A stretch of 64,000 bases of DNA from Rikenellaceae bacterium. GTDB lineage: Bacteria; Bacteroidota; Bacteroidia; Bacteroidales; Rikenellaceae. The DNA is taken from assembly GCA_044433505.1 (NCBI GenBank), contig JAWXTM010000002.1, positions 7,070-71,069 on the forward strand, written 5' to 3'. The translations under genes were made by a program, and so were the position numbers. Within the stretch, counting starts at the first letter, position 1; every line of letters begins with the position of its first letter. Shown in pieces: positions 39,393 to 49,783 of the stretch. Under the pieces are notes generated by a model. That model searched no databases and was not told the origin of the DNA. It saw only the letters and a list, made by a program, of their open reading frames with translations.

Positions 39393-42285
39393 CGGTAGAC
39401 AGAGTGTTGAACCACGTGGCGGTAAATCCACTACGAGGGGGAAGGGTATGACCATTAATGAACGGGCTGCACTGGAGCGTGCTGCACGCTCTCCACGTAC
39501 ACCTAATAAAACAGCTACTACAAAGGCAAAATCTGCGCCAACTCCGCCAACAAAACCTACTAAAAAGACTGTGGAGCGCAAGGTTGCTGCCGAACAAAAA
39601 CGCAAGGCGCAGGAGCTTAAGGCTCGTGAGGCTCTAAAGGGGAATAAGGTTGAGGAGGAAGTTGAGGGTGGCGAGGGTTATATCTGGGTGAGTTTAGTGG
39701 TCTTTTTTGTGGCTGGTTTTTTGTTATTGAGTACAATTTCTTATTTGATGTATTGGGAGGCAGATGCTCCTCGTGCATTCTTTTCGGGGTATTTTGATGC
39801 TGGATTCAGCGGAACTGACAACTGGGGAGGCAGGCTAGGTGCTATATTGGGCAACTATATTATTGGTGGCTGGGTAGGTGTGCCTGGGGTCTTTCTTTCG
39901 CTCTTTTTCTTTATGTTGGGGCTGAGGGTACTACGTGTCGAAACGCTTAAGTTTAAGCGTTCTATGCCAGCATTGATAGGGCTGATACTTGTTAGTTCGC
40001 TTGTTCTGGCGCATATTTATGGTACACAGGGCGATGTCTTTGGTAGCGGATGGGGTGGTCGTGCTGGTATCAATGTCGATAGGTGGTTGCGAGCAATGAT
40101 TGGCAATGAGGGTACTTCGCTGCTGATACTATTTGTGGCAGTAGCAATTCTGTTTTATAGCTTCACAGGGTGGTTTACAAGGGGGTTGCTCCATCTTAAG
40201 CACTGTGCGGCAAAGCGTGCTAAGCGCAGAATGGAGGCACGTGAGTGGCAGCGTCAGCGAAGAGCTGAGGCTATGGTTAAACAACCTGTGCAAGAGGATA
40301 AAGAGGAGATAAAAACTGAGGGGGCTGCACCTATAGAAAATACGGAAGAGGTTGTTGCAGAGCCTGAACTTGAGCAAAATAGAGAGGTGGAGCTGCCATT
40401 TTGTCCTACGGTTATTGCGCTTGAGGGTGGGCTGTTGGGCTATCACTATGGCTATGGTGCAGAGGGTGAGGCGTTATACTACTACTTTGATAATATGGCA
40501 TTTACTCCCAAAGATATTAAGCCACAGGTCATTGAAAATCCTCAGATAGAGGAAGAAGTGCCAGAGGAGGAATTTACTCTCGTTGAAAAGGTAGAGGAGC
40601 AGCCTATCCAAGCCCAAGATATTGAATTTATTATCGAACAGCCCGTTCAAGAAAGCCCACTTTTACAGCAACCTACCCCAAGCCAAGAGCCTATTGTGGA
40701 GGTTACCCCTGCTAAAAAGGAGATTGCTTTTGAGGTGGAGAATGCTGTTGAGGATGAAAAGTTGCCAGAGCGTGCTATCAATAATATGGAGCTATATGAC
40801 CCCACTGCCGAACTGCCAAACTATAAGCGTCCTGCACTAGAGCTGCTTCAGGATCACACCCGCAAGGTGGATGTCACCCAAGAAGAACTGCGTGAAAAGA
40901 AGGATAGGATTATCTATACCCTGCAAACATTTGGCATAAAGATAAAGAATATTAAGGCTACGGTAGGTCCTACTGTTACGCTCTACGAGATTGTGCCAGA
41001 GGATGGTGTGAGAATATCTAAGATTAAGAATCTGGAAAACGATATTGCCCTTGCACTCGCAGCCCTCGGCATACGTATCATTGCCCCTATACCAGGCAAG
41101 GGTACTATTGGTATCGAAGTGCCTAATACCGAGAAAGAGACTGTTTCGATGCACTCGGTAATTCGTGCTGCAAAGTTCCAAGAGATGAAGGCTGAACTGC
41201 CTATTGCGCTAGGTAAAACCATATCCAATGAAACCTTTGTAATTGACCTTGCAAAGATGCCACACTTGTTGGTGGCTGGTGCTACGGGTCAGGGTAAATC
41301 GGTTGGGCTAAATGCTATTATTACTTCGCTGCTCTACAAAAAACACCCTTCGGAGCTTAAGTTTGTGCTGGTTGACCCTAAGAAGGTGGAGCTAACGCTA
41401 TATTCGCATCTCGAAAAACACTTCCTCGCTAAGATGGAGGGCGAAGAGGATGCCATCATAACCGAGAACCAAAAGGTGGTCTATACCCTTAATTCGATTT
41501 GTCAGGAGATGGATGCTCGCTACGACCTGCTCAAGGCAGCCCAAGTTCGCAACATTGTGGAGTATAACAACAAATTTACACACCGCAGGTTGAACCCCGA
41601 AAAGGGACACCGCTTCTTGCCATACTTTGTGGTGATTATAGATGAGTTTGCTGACCTAATTATGACCGCTGGGCGTGAGGTCGAAACCCCTATTGCTCGT
41701 ATCGCACAGCTTGCAAGAGCAGTGGGCATACACCTTATTATTGCCACGCAGCGTCCAACCACTAATATTATTACGGGTATGATCAAGGCGAACTTCCCTG
41801 CCAGAATAGCCTTTAAGGTTACTTCGATGATTGACTCCCGTACGATACTCGACTCCCCAGGTGCTAACCAACTAATTGGGCGTGGGGATATGCTAGTCCA
41901 CACAGGTAGCGAGATGACTCGTGTGCAGTGCGCCTTTATCGACACCCCAGAGGTCGAAGATATTGTGAAATTTATCTCTGCTCAGAGGGGTTATATTTCG
42001 GCGTATGAACTTCCTGAGTTTGTGCCAGAGGGTGAGAATAGTCCTAAAGAGGTAGATATGACCAGACGTGACCCACTCTTTACTGAAGTGGCAAGGTTTG
42101 TGGTATCAACCCAAACAGGCTCGGCTTCGACTATTCAGCGTAAATTCGCAATAGGCTTTAATCGTGCTGGGCGTATTGTCGACCAACTCGAAGCAACGGG
42201 AATTGTTGGGCCGCAGGTGGGCAGCAAGGCTCGACAAGTACTGATTCAAGACCCCGTGAGCCTCGAAATGATGCTAGACGACTAA
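39379..42285 (+). CDS. ftsK: DNA translocase FtsK
   Basis: Basic N-terminus, 4 TM helices, an acidic/Pro linker, motor domain ([18 protein letters not shown]) and a gamma domain (STIQRKF). Overlaps the murI end by 14 nt, so the exact start is uncertain. Confidence 0.9.
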   Translation: MAGSNGRQSVEPRGGKSTTRGKGMTINERAALERAARSPRTPNKTATTKAKSAPTPPTKPTKKTVERKVAAEQKRKAQELKAREALKGNKVEEEVEGGEGYIWVSLVVFFVAGFLLLSTISYLMYWEADAPRAFFSGYFDAGFSGTDNWGGRLGAILGNYIIGGWVGVPGVFLSLFFFMLGLRVLRVETLKFKRSMPALIGLILVSSLVLAHIYGTQGDVFGSGWGGRAGINVDRWLRAMIGNEGTSLLILFVAVAILFYSFTGWFTRGLLHLKHCAAKRAKRRMEAREWQRQRRAEAMVKQPVQEDKEEIKTEGAAPIENTEEVVAEPELEQNREVELPFCPTVIALEGGLLGYHYGYGAEGEALYYYFDNMAFTPKDIKPQVIENPQIEEEVPEEEFTLVEKVEEQPIQAQDIEFIIEQPVQESPLLQQPTPSQEPIVEVTPAKKEIAFEVENAVEDEKLPERAINNMELYDPTAELPNYKRPALELLQDHTRKVDVTQEELREKKDRIIYTLQTFGIKIKNIKATVGPTVTLYEIVPEDGVRISKIKNLENDIALALAALGIRIIAPIPGKGTIGIEVPNTEKETVSMHSVIRAAKFQEMKAELPIALGKTISNETFVIDLAKMPHLLVAGATGQGKSVGLNAIITSLLYKKHPSELKFVLVDPKKVELTLYSHLEKHFLAKMEGEEDAIITENQKVVYTLNSICQEMDARYDLLKAAQVRNIVEYNNKFTHRRLNPEKGHRFLPYFVVIIDEFADLIMTAGREVETPIARIAQLARAVGIHLIIATQRPTTNIITGMIKANFPARIAFKVTSMIDSRTILDSPGANQLIGRGDMLVHTGSEMTRVQCAFIDTPEVEDIVKFISAQRGYISAYELPEFVPEGENSPKEVDMTRRDPLFTEVARFVVSTQTGSASTIQRKFAIGFNRAGRIVDQLEATGIVGPQVGSKARQVLIQDPVSLEMMLDD

Positions 42286-42313
42286 TTTTAAACAACATAA
42301 AATAAACACACAG

Positions 42314-43807
42314 ATGAAAAACAAAGTATTATTGATGATTTTGGATGGATGGGGAAATGGCGATCGCACTAAAAGCGACGCTATCTTTTCGAATAACCCA
42401 GAGTATATTAACTCCCTTATGGCAAAATACCCAACCTCGGCACTCCGCACAGATGGCGAAAATGTTGGTCTGCCTGACGGACAAATGGGTAACTCTGAGG
42501 TTGGTCACCAAAATATCGGCGCAGGGCGTATCCTATACCAAGACCTTGTGAAGATTAATAAAACTATCAAAGAGAATGCTCTGCTACAAAATATCGAGAT
42601 TAAAGCTGCGCTGGACTATGCTAAGGCAGAGGGTGTGGCGGTTCACTTCCTTGGATTGGCTTCGCACGGTGGTGTGCACTCGTCGCTAGAACACCTCTAT
42701 GCTATGACGCACCTCTTTGGGGATAATGGCGTAGAGAGAGTCTACACACACTGCTTTATGGATGGACGTGATACCGACCCTAAGAGCGGACGAGGCTTTG
42801 TTGCGGAAATCGAAGAAAAGGCGTATGGCAAGGTTGCCTCGGTGGTTGGTCGCTACTACGCTATGGATAGGGATAAACGCTGGGAAAGGGTTAAAGAAGC
42901 CTACGATTTGTTGGTAAATGGCGTGGGGCAAGAAGCTGTGAGCGCAACTGCTGCTATCGAAGAGTCTTATGAAGCTGGCGTGACTGATGAGTTTATCAAA
43001 CCAATTATTCTGGATAAAGAAGCTACCATCAAACCAAATGACGTTGTTATCTTCTATAACTTCCGTAATGACCGTGCTAAAGAGCTTACTACTGTGCTTA
43101 CACAAAAGGATATGCCAGAGGAGGGTATGAGCACTATGCCTCTTTATTTCTGCACTATGACCCCTTACGACTCGTCGTTCGAGGGGCTACATATCCTCTT
43201 TGATAAAGAGAATGTGGAGAATACACTAGGCGAGTTTATCTCGGCTAATGGACTAAAGCAGTTGCGTATTGCTGAGACCGAGAAATTTGCTCACGTAACT
43301 TTCTTCTTTAATGGTGGACGTGAGGTTGCCTACGAAGGTGAGGATAGAATCTTGGTACCTTCTCCAAAGGTGGCAACTTATGACCTGCAACCAGAGATGT
43401 CGGCTCCTGAAATCGCCGAAAAACTAGTGGTTGAACTCCAAAGCGAAAAGTATGACTTTGTTTGTTTGAACTTCGCTAATGGCGATATGATTGGTCACAC
43501 TGGTATCTATGAAGCAATCGCAAAGGCTGTGAAGGTAGTTGATAGCTGCGTAGAGAAGGTTGTAGAAGCGGCACGTGCGGCTGGCTACACAGTGTTAATT
43601 ACGGCTGACCACGGTAATGCAGACAATGCAGTGAACCCTGATGGAACACCTAATACTGCTCACTCGCTGAACCCTGTGCCATTTGTGGTGGTAAGCGACG
43701 ATATTGCCGAGGTTAAGAGCGGTGTATTGGCGGATATTGCCCCAACCGTACTAAAGATTATGGGGCTTACTGCACCAGCCCAGATGACAGGAAATGTACT
43801 AGTATAA
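42314..43807 (+). CDS. gpmI: 2,3-bisphosphoglycerate-independent phosphoglycerate mutase
   Basis: [23 protein letters not shown]. Confidence 0.95.
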   Translation: MKNKVLLMILDGWGNGDRTKSDAIFSNNPEYINSLMAKYPTSALRTDGENVGLPDGQMGNSEVGHQNIGAGRILYQDLVKINKTIKENALLQNIEIKAALDYAKAEGVAVHFLGLASHGGVHSSLEHLYAMTHLFGDNGVERVYTHCFMDGRDTDPKSGRGFVAEIEEKAYGKVASVVGRYYAMDRDKRWERVKEAYDLLVNGVGQEAVSATAAIEESYEAGVTDEFIKPIILDKEATIKPNDVVIFYNFRNDRAKELTTVLTQKDMPEEGMSTMPLYFCTMTPYDSSFEGLHILFDKENVENTLGEFISANGLKQLRIAETEKFAHVTFFFNGGREVAYEGEDRILVPSPKVATYDLQPEMSAPEIAEKLVVELQSEKYDFVCLNFANGDMIGHTGIYEAIAKAVKVVDSCVEKVVEAARAAGYTVLITADHGNADNAVNPDGTPNTAHSLNPVPFVVVSDDIAEVKSGVLADIAPTVLKIMGLTAPAQMTGNVLV

Positions 43808-43825
43808 TCATACGTGTACTTAATA

Positions 43826-43870
43826 GAAGTGTCGTTGTGAAATACCTTTTCAGAGCGACACTTCTTTATT
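43826..43870 (+). terminator. hairpin terminator after gpmI, between convergent genes
   Basis: GAAGTGTCG / CGACACTTC 9-bp stem with a 21-nt loop, followed by TTTATT. Confidence 0.5.
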
Positions 43871-43889
43871 ATGGATAAATGCCTTAGGA

Positions 43890-45137
43890 CTATCGTAGCT
43901 TAAGGGTCATAAGCGCAAAGGCTACCAACAGCAACTGTACCACCCAAAACCTAAAGACTATCTTCGTTTCTGGGAATCCACGCTTTTGATAGTGGTGGTG
44001 CAGAGGTGCCATTAAAAAAACACGCCGACCCTCGCCATACTTCCGCTTAGTGTACTTGAAGTACCCTACCTGAATCATTACAGAGAGTGCCTCAACCATA
44101 AAGATACCACATAGAATAGGAAGTAGCAACTCCTTGCGAATAAGTAGCGCAAAGACCGCTATAATACCCCCAATAGCCAACGAACCTGTATCTCCCATAA
44201 AGACCTGTGCAGGATAACTATTATACCACAAGAAGCCAATGAGTGCCCCTGCAAATGCCCCAGCAAAGATCATTAGCTCGCCACTACCCGGTATATGCGG
44301 AATATCTAGATACGAAGCAAAGATAATATTGCCCGAAAGATATGCCATAGCCCCAAGTGCCAAGACCACTGGAATAGAGACCCCTGCTGCGAGTCCATCC
44401 AAACCATCCGTAAGGTTAGCCCCATTGCTAACAGCAGTGATAACAAATATAGCTACCAGTACATATAGCACCCAGCCTAGTGTATCTCCGAGTTTGCCCT
44501 CCACAGGGATTAACCAGCGATAGTTAAGTCTAGAATCCTTGAAGAAAGGGACTGTAGTGGTGGTCGATTTCTTGGCATCGCTCATATAGACTGTCTGCGA
44601 ATTTGAGCCAACAATAGTGCGCTCTATCTGCACCCCACTAGCACTAGGGTCGACCTTCTCTCTGATAACCACATCGCTGCTAACCCACATTGCCGTTCCC
44701 ACTAAGATACCAAGTCCGACTTGTCCAACTATTTTAAGTTTGCCTGAAAGCCCTGCTTTATTACCTCTGAAGACTTTGATGTAGTCATCTGTAAAGCCAA
44801 TTACCCCTAGCCAGATTGTTGCCACTATCATTAGTATGGTGTAGATATTAGAGAGGTCGCCGAAGAGCAGTACAGGAATAAGTATTGCTGCGAGGATTAT
44901 GAGTCCGCCCATTGTTGGAGTACCTTTTTTAGAGAGTTGTCCCTCTAGTCCGAGGTTACGAATATCTTCACCGATTTGTTTTCTACGCAGTAGGTTAATG
45001 ATTCGTTTTCCGAAGATCATTGCCACTAATAGTGACACGATAATGGCAGCTACTGAGCGGAATGAAATAAAGGAGAAGAGTGCACTTCCGGGGAAGTCGA
45101 ACGCTGAGTCAAGATAATCAAATAGATGGTATAGCAT
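43890..45137 (-). CDS. mraY: phospho-N-acetylmuramoyl-pentapeptide transferase
   Basis: MLYHLFDYL.., [28 protein letters not shown] prefer the ATG at 45137; a TACATTTG -7 box lies 30 nt upstream. Confidence 0.92.
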   Translation of the reverse strand: MLYHLFDYLDSAFDFPGSALFSFISFRSVAAIIVSLLVAMIFGKRIINLLRRKQIGEDIRNLGLEGQLSKKGTPTMGGLIILAAILIPVLLFGDLSNIYTILMIVATIWLGVIGFTDDYIKVFRGNKAGLSGKLKIVGQVGLGILVGTAMWVSSDVVIREKVDPSASGVQIERTIVGSNSQTVYMSDAKKSTTTTVPFFKDSRLNYRWLIPVEGKLGDTLGWVLYVLVAIFVITAVSNGANLTDGLDGLAAGVSIPVVLALGAMAYLSGNIIFASYLDIPHIPGSGELMIFAGAFAGALIGFLWYNSYPAQVFMGDTGSLAIGGIIAVFALLIRKELLLPILCGIFMVEALSVMIQVGYFKYTKRKYGEGRRVFLMAPLHHHYQKRGFPETKIVFRFWVVQLLLVAFALMTLKLR

Positions 45138-45166
45138 AGTGTATGTACGGAGTAAAAAATATAGCG

Positions 45167-45174
45167 CAAATGTA
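45167..45174 (-). promoter_or_regulatory. -7 box TACATTTG (mraY)
   Basis: 30 nt upstream of the ATG at 45137. Confidence 0.5.
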
Positions 45175-45238
45175 ATAATTATAAAGTAAAGGGGCAACTT
45201 TTTTTGGGGTAATATTTATTTTTCAGTTTTTTTTGTGT

Positions 45239-45620
45239 GATGAAAGTTTGTTATAGCTTGTAGTATTACAGACTAAATAAAGAAAGTTTTTTGGTTCTTT
45301 TGTTCACAAAAGAACGATGGAATCAGTCCGCTAGAGTAATAGCAAGGCGGATGCCTTGCCTAAAAATCAAAAGACAAAAATCTTTCGGTTGCAAAACCGA
45401 AAGCTAGTACAAACTCCAATAAAAATCTTTGGGGGTTTGGAGGAACGACAAACAAAAAAATCGAAGATTTTTTCCAAACCCCCAAAGCTATAGCTCTGGT
45501 GTAGTGCTTTAGTTATAGCTTGTAGTATTACAAACTAAAATGATTAAAGTTTTTTGGTTCTTTTGTTCACAAAAGAACCAAAAAACTTTAATCATTTAGT
45601 CTACTATAATACAAGCTATA
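45239..45620 (+). repeat. family-1 composite: one module-bearing unit with an extra hairpin, plus a complete palindromic unit
   Basis: 45250-45400 is near-identical to the 6.3-kb units. 45427-45487 is a perfect 15-bp-stem hairpin. 45512-45620 is a full palindrome. Confidence 0.9.
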
Positions 45621-45629
45621 TAAAACTAA

Positions 45630-47747
45630 TTAATAATCTATATCCGCCACCTCCAAAATATCACTGAAAAGTGCCCTCGTGCAACTCTCTATACCCGCCT
45701 CACCAAAATCACGAATCTGCAACGGCAACTCCCTATAACGTGCCGAATCTATCAACACCACATTCCCCTCTTCACCATAAATAGCACTACCATTACGACT
45801 CAACGTACACCTTGCCACTCCACCCTCTATCTCCATACGTGCTACCACCTTACCCTCTCCCTTACAACTATTGTCGCTAACCTCAAAACTATCGACCGCA
45901 CACTCACGTGCCATAATCTTCATCTGTGCTGCAACTCCCTGTAAATCACCCCCCAAACACGCCTCAATAGAGGTCACCGTATCACCGCTATTAAGCAACT
46001 TCCTAAGGGTATTTAAGACAGGAAGCCCCCCTGCAACCGTTGCGCCATAAAGCACCTTAACCCCACGCTGTAGAGCCTTTTCACGCAACTCACTTGTCGC
46101 AGACTCAGCACGACTAAGCACCGCCGTCACTACACTTACCTCACTATCAATTAATTTCTGGTAGCTTTGAGTACTCTTTGGATCACACTCCACAAAGACG
46201 CCATTTTCGCACTCTGGGCTGCTTAGTTCCTCTAGGTTGCGAGTAATCTTGAACCGTAGCCCATAGCGTAGCGCAATCTTCGAACGCTTTGCCCACAGTC
46301 GTCGAATAAGTGCTGTGGAGAGTTCATTATCACCATTAATATATAGGGTAAGGGTTTCATAAGTTTTGGTAAAGAGCTTGCGGTGGAGCAGTTGCGTAGC
46401 ATCACGCAGTGCCCACAGTTCGCTAACGAAGGCTATATTTTCAGCCGTTGCGCCCTGACGTGACGCCAATATCGGGAAGCCTGCGCTCTTTAGCGTAGAG
46501 TATATATCGGCCGATAGCTCCTCATTACCAGCCAGCTCCGCCCCTACAATAGCAAGAGTAGAGAGGTTGCGCCTTGCCACTGGCGTTTCAATTTCCCCAC
46601 GCTCAATTTCCCCTGAGAACTCTTTGCAGAGTATCTCTATTGCGCTTTGAGTATCGCCATTTTTGAGGGCTACGCTAGTGCTATTTTCTTCACTATTTTC
46701 GCTAACCATATAGAGTTGAATCCCTGCGCTACATAGTGAGCGGAAGATTCTATAATTCACCCCAAGAAGCCCTTGTGAGCTTCCCCCACGCAGGGTTATC
46801 AGTGCCGAGTCATTAATCGAGCTTATGCCCTTTGCTGGGCGATACTCTGCGCTTGGGGTAATATCTTTAGTGATGGTAGTACCCCTACATTCTTTATTTA
46901 GAGTGGAGCGTATGATAATAGGAATTTCTGCATTATAGGCAGGGAAGAGTGTTGGAGCGTAGAGCACCTTTGCACCGAAGTTACACAGCTCCATAGCCTC
47001 GGTAAAGCTCAACTCGTCGAGTAGTTGTGCTTCAGGAACAATCCGTGGGTCACAGCTCAAAAAGCCGTCCACATCGGTATAGATATATAGTTCCTTAGCA
47101 CCAAGTGCTGCTGCCACCACTGCTGCGGTATAGTCCGAACCACCACGCCCAAGGTTAGTAATCGTGCCATCAAGCGTATCGCTCGAAATAAAACCACCCA
47201 TCACAACAATGCGCTCTTTAATATCTTTAAAACGTTGTTGCAAAAGGGTATTAGTTGCAACAAAGTCTACAATATGGCGAGAGAAATAGCGGTGAGTCTT
47301 GACCACTTCAATAGAGTCGATATGGGCAGCACCCTCTATCATTTGCGCCATAATCAAGGAGCTGAGTCTTTCGCCAAAGGCTACTACATTTGCCTCATCT
47401 TGGGCACTATACTTCCCCACAGAGGCAATTTGGGTAGCTCTATTTCTGAGTTGCGAGAGTAGCACTTGGCACTTCTCCCAAATTCCCTCACGCTCTCTCT
47501 CTGGGATACTCTTTTCTATTGCATCACGGTGGCGAGCATTAATCTCTTCGAGCCTTTGGTTATACTCTGCCTCAACACCCGACGCTGCCTCTTTACAGAG
47601 CCACAAGAGCATATCGGTAATACCCCCAAGTGCCGATACTACTACCACTACACGTTCATCCATTGGTTCGCTGAGTGCAAAACCACAAATATTATCTCTC
47701 CCCAGTGGGCTTCCGACCGATGTTCCTCCAAATTTTAATACACGCAT
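45630..47747 (-). CDS. aspartokinase fused to a divergent homoserine-dehydrogenase-like domain
   Basis: MRVLKFGGTSVG, then aspartokinase and ACT regions. The C-terminal 240 aa align by eye with the ThrA HSD domain but lack key motifs (see findings). The upstream in-frame extension runs through a repeat element and is rejected. Confidence 0.8.
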   Translation of the reverse strand: MRVLKFGGTSVGSPLGRDNICGFALSEPMDERVVVVVSALGGITDMLLWLCKEAASGVEAEYNQRLEEINARHRDAIEKSIPEREREGIWEKCQVLLSQLRNRATQIASVGKYSAQDEANVVAFGERLSSLIMAQMIEGAAHIDSIEVVKTHRYFSRHIVDFVATNTLLQQRFKDIKERIVVMGGFISSDTLDGTITNLGRGGSDYTAAVVAAALGAKELYIYTDVDGFLSCDPRIVPEAQLLDELSFTEAMELCNFGAKVLYAPTLFPAYNAEIPIIIRSTLNKECRGTTITKDITPSAEYRPAKGISSINDSALITLRGGSSQGLLGVNYRIFRSLCSAGIQLYMVSENSEENSTSVALKNGDTQSAIEILCKEFSGEIERGEIETPVARRNLSTLAIVGAELAGNEELSADIYSTLKSAGFPILASRQGATAENIAFVSELWALRDATQLLHRKLFTKTYETLTLYINGDNELSTALIRRLWAKRSKIALRYGLRFKITRNLEELSSPECENGVFVECDPKSTQSYQKLIDSEVSVVTAVLSRAESATSELREKALQRGVKVLYGATVAGGLPVLNTLRKLLNSGDTVTSIEACLGGDLQGVAAQMKIMARECAVDSFEVSDNSCKGEGKVVARMEIEGGVARCTLSRNGSAIYGEEGNVVLIDSARYRELPLQIRDFGEAGIESCTRALFSDILEVADIDY

Positions 47748-47756
47748 CTTTTTTAA

Positions 47757-47959
47757 GGGGACTTCTAAAAATTGATTTGGTGGATTTGGGATGAGATTTT
47801 GAGTTGAGTTTTTGCCGCATTTTCTCTCTAATAGCCCCGCTATTCGAGAGAATAAAGGTGAAAAATCAACCAAAATGTCGCCCAAAGGCATCAAAACCTA
47901 TTTCTTTACATCCATTTTTATTTGTTAAATTTTTGTGGGGTCAATTTTTAGATGTCCCC
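47757..47959 (-). repeat. family-2 element, long copy (opposite orientation)
   Basis: GGGGACTTCTAAAAATTGATTTGG ... GGGGTCAATTTTTAGATGTCCCC. Fills the whole SDR-thrA-like intergenic gap. Confidence 0.85.
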
Positions 47960-48715
47960 TTATTTTGCTGTTAGACCACCATCAATTAGGTGCAATGAGC
48001 CCGTTACAAATGGGGCATTTGCTAGGTACAAGTACATTTGAGCCACCTCGGCAGCTGTGCCTAGGCGTTTAATAGTGTACGCCTCACTCTCCACCTCTAG
48101 TGCCTTTTGAAGATTGCCATTAAAATCACGATCAGCCCACCTCTGCATAGCACCCAATGCCAGTGGAGTGATAGTTGTTCCAGCGCATACCCCACTAATG
48201 GAAATACCCTGACGACCATAATCAACAGCAATATTTTTGATCATCTGCCCAATAGCACCCTTAGTGAGCCCATAACTAAAACTCATACCCTTACCGATAA
48301 AGGCTTGATCCGATACACTCACTACAATAGTGCCTCCGCCCGTCTCTATCATCTGTGGCAGAACAGCCTTAAGCGTATAGATATACCCCTTGACATTTAT
48401 TGATAAAATTGTATCAAGCTCCTCATCGGTTATTGAAAGTACAGTATTGCTTTGGTGTATGCCTGCATTAAGAATAAGCGAGTCAATCTTTCCAAACTTC
48501 TCGACACACTGCTGTGCAGCACCCTTCAAAAACTCTGGGTTAGTAACCGAACCAACCAACGATAGGTAGCGGTTCTCGTGCCACCCTTGGGTAGTTTGCT
48601 TTAGTTCCTCTTCATTGAGATCAAGCAGTGTAATATTATAATTATTATTATAAAATAACTTAGCGATTTCACGCCCGATGCCTGTTGCAGCACCCGTTAA
48701 AAAAAGTGTCTTCAT
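47960..48715 (-). CDS. short-chain dehydrogenase/reductase
   Basis: TGAATGIGREIA, NAG, and the S...YGLTK catalytic triad spacing. Confidence 0.85.
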   Translation of the reverse strand: MKTLFLTGAATGIGREIAKLFYNNNYNITLLDLNEEELKQTTQGWHENRYLSLVGSVTNPEFLKGAAQQCVEKFGKIDSLILNAGIHQSNTVLSITDEELDTILSINVKGYIYTLKAVLPQMIETGGGTIVVSVSDQAFIGKGMSFSYGLTKGAIGQMIKNIAVDYGRQGISISGVCAGTTITPLALGAMQRWADRDFNGNLQKALEVESEAYTIKRLGTAAEVAQMYLYLANAPFVTGSLHLIDGGLTAK

Positions 48716-48721
48716 ATTTTT

Positions 48722-48824
48722 AATTCATAATGTATAATGCATAATGCATAGTTGTTAATTGTGAATGGTGAGTGTTTGGCTAGAGCTAAAAAAAATATGC
48801 ATTATGAATTATACATTATGCATT
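48722..48824. repeat. 29-nt imperfect inverted repeat rich in ATAATGCAT
   Basis: AATTCATAATGTATAATGCATAATGCATA (48722-48750) versus TATGCATTATGAATTATACATTATGCATT (48796-48824). 27 of 29 positions are complementary, with a 45-nt spacer. Confidence 0.85.
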
Positions 48825-48829
48825 AACCA

Positions 48830-49783
48830 TTACAGCCATTTCTTGCGTTTAAAGAACAACAGGATCGCTCCCACCGATACCAACATCAATCCTATTGCAA
48901 ATAAGTATCCATACTCCCACTTCAACTCTGGCATAAAGGAAAAGTTCATACCATAAGCACTTGCAATAAGCGTCGGTGGCATAAATACTACCGATAGGAC
49001 TGTAAACATCTTGATGATCTTATTCTGCTCAATGTTGATAAGACCCATATACATATCCTGCAAGAACTCCAGCCTCTCAAAATTGAAATCAGCGTGGTTC
49101 AACAACGAGTTAATGTCCTTTAACATAATATCAACCCTTGGGCGAATATCCTTTGGGAAACGCTCCGAACGCTGCACACCACTGAGCAATCGCTGGCGGT
49201 CGAAGATAGTCTCACGAAGCAACATAGTGTCCTCCTGTAGGCGATTGATTTGAAGAAGTAGATCCTTTTCAACACTCTTGTCCATCTTGGCAGAGGCGGT
49301 TGAAAGTGTTGCAATCTTCTTCGACATAATCTCGACCATATCGGCATCAAGGTCGATACGTGCCTCCAGTAGTGAAATAAGTATCGGGTACCCAGTCGTA
49401 AAAGATCTGTAAGAAATCTGCAATTTGCGAGATGCCTCGGCAAAGGTTCTCAGGTAGCAACTGCGCATAGAGACCAATACCCCCTCGATAAGGGTAAAGG
49501 AAACTGGCTCAATTATAAAACCGTCCTCTTTGAGTATCGAGAAGTTGGAGTTACATTGAATGTAATGCTCACTTTCATTGTAACGAGATGAGGTCTCGAT
49601 CTCTTCGGCTTGCTCACGGCTCTGAAGCTCAAAGTCAAAGAAGTTCTCAACTGTCTTACGCTCCCGTGGGGTAGGGTCAAGCAAGTCTATCCAGAGTAGT
49701 TCCTTGCTGGTAAGCTCATCGAAGAGCGTGTAGTCAGGATCGGTGACTACTTTATTGAGTGATTTAAGGTATAGCGTTATCAT
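48830..49783 (-). CDS. corA: CorA-family magnesium/cobalt transporter
   Basis: YGMNF signature before the last TM helix; two C-terminal TM helices. Confidence 0.88.
   Translation of the reverse strand: MITLYLKSLNKVVTDPDYTLFDELTSKELLWIDLLDPTPRERKTVENFFDFELQSREQAEEIETSSRYNESEHYIQCNSNFSILKEDGFIIEPVSFTLIEGVLVSMRSCYLRTFAEASRKLQISYRSFTTGYPILISLLEARIDLDADMVEIMSKKIATLSTASAKMDKSVEKDLLLQINRLQEDTMLLRETIFDRQRLLSGVQRSERFPKDIRPRVDIMLKDINSLLNHADFNFERLEFLQDMYMGLINIEQNKIIKMFTVLSVVFMPPTLIASAYGMNFSFMPELKWEYGYLFAIGLMLVSVGAILLFFKRKKWL

Noticed and set aside
38994-39605. A 203-aa minus-strand ORF.
   Set aside because: It is antisense to the murI end and the ftsK start, with no recognisable motifs, so it is a shadow ORF.
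47748-47894. A 49-codon N-terminal extension of the aspartokinase ORF.
   Set aside because: The extension runs through the family-2 repeat element, and the canonical MRVLKFGGTS start is at 47747. Similar upstream in-frame extensions were trimmed for mraY (45138-45197), lepA (18442-18474), the GT2 gene (29374-29439), waaA (34383-34418) and the lipoprotein (14367-14468), because they overlap promoters or neighbouring genes.
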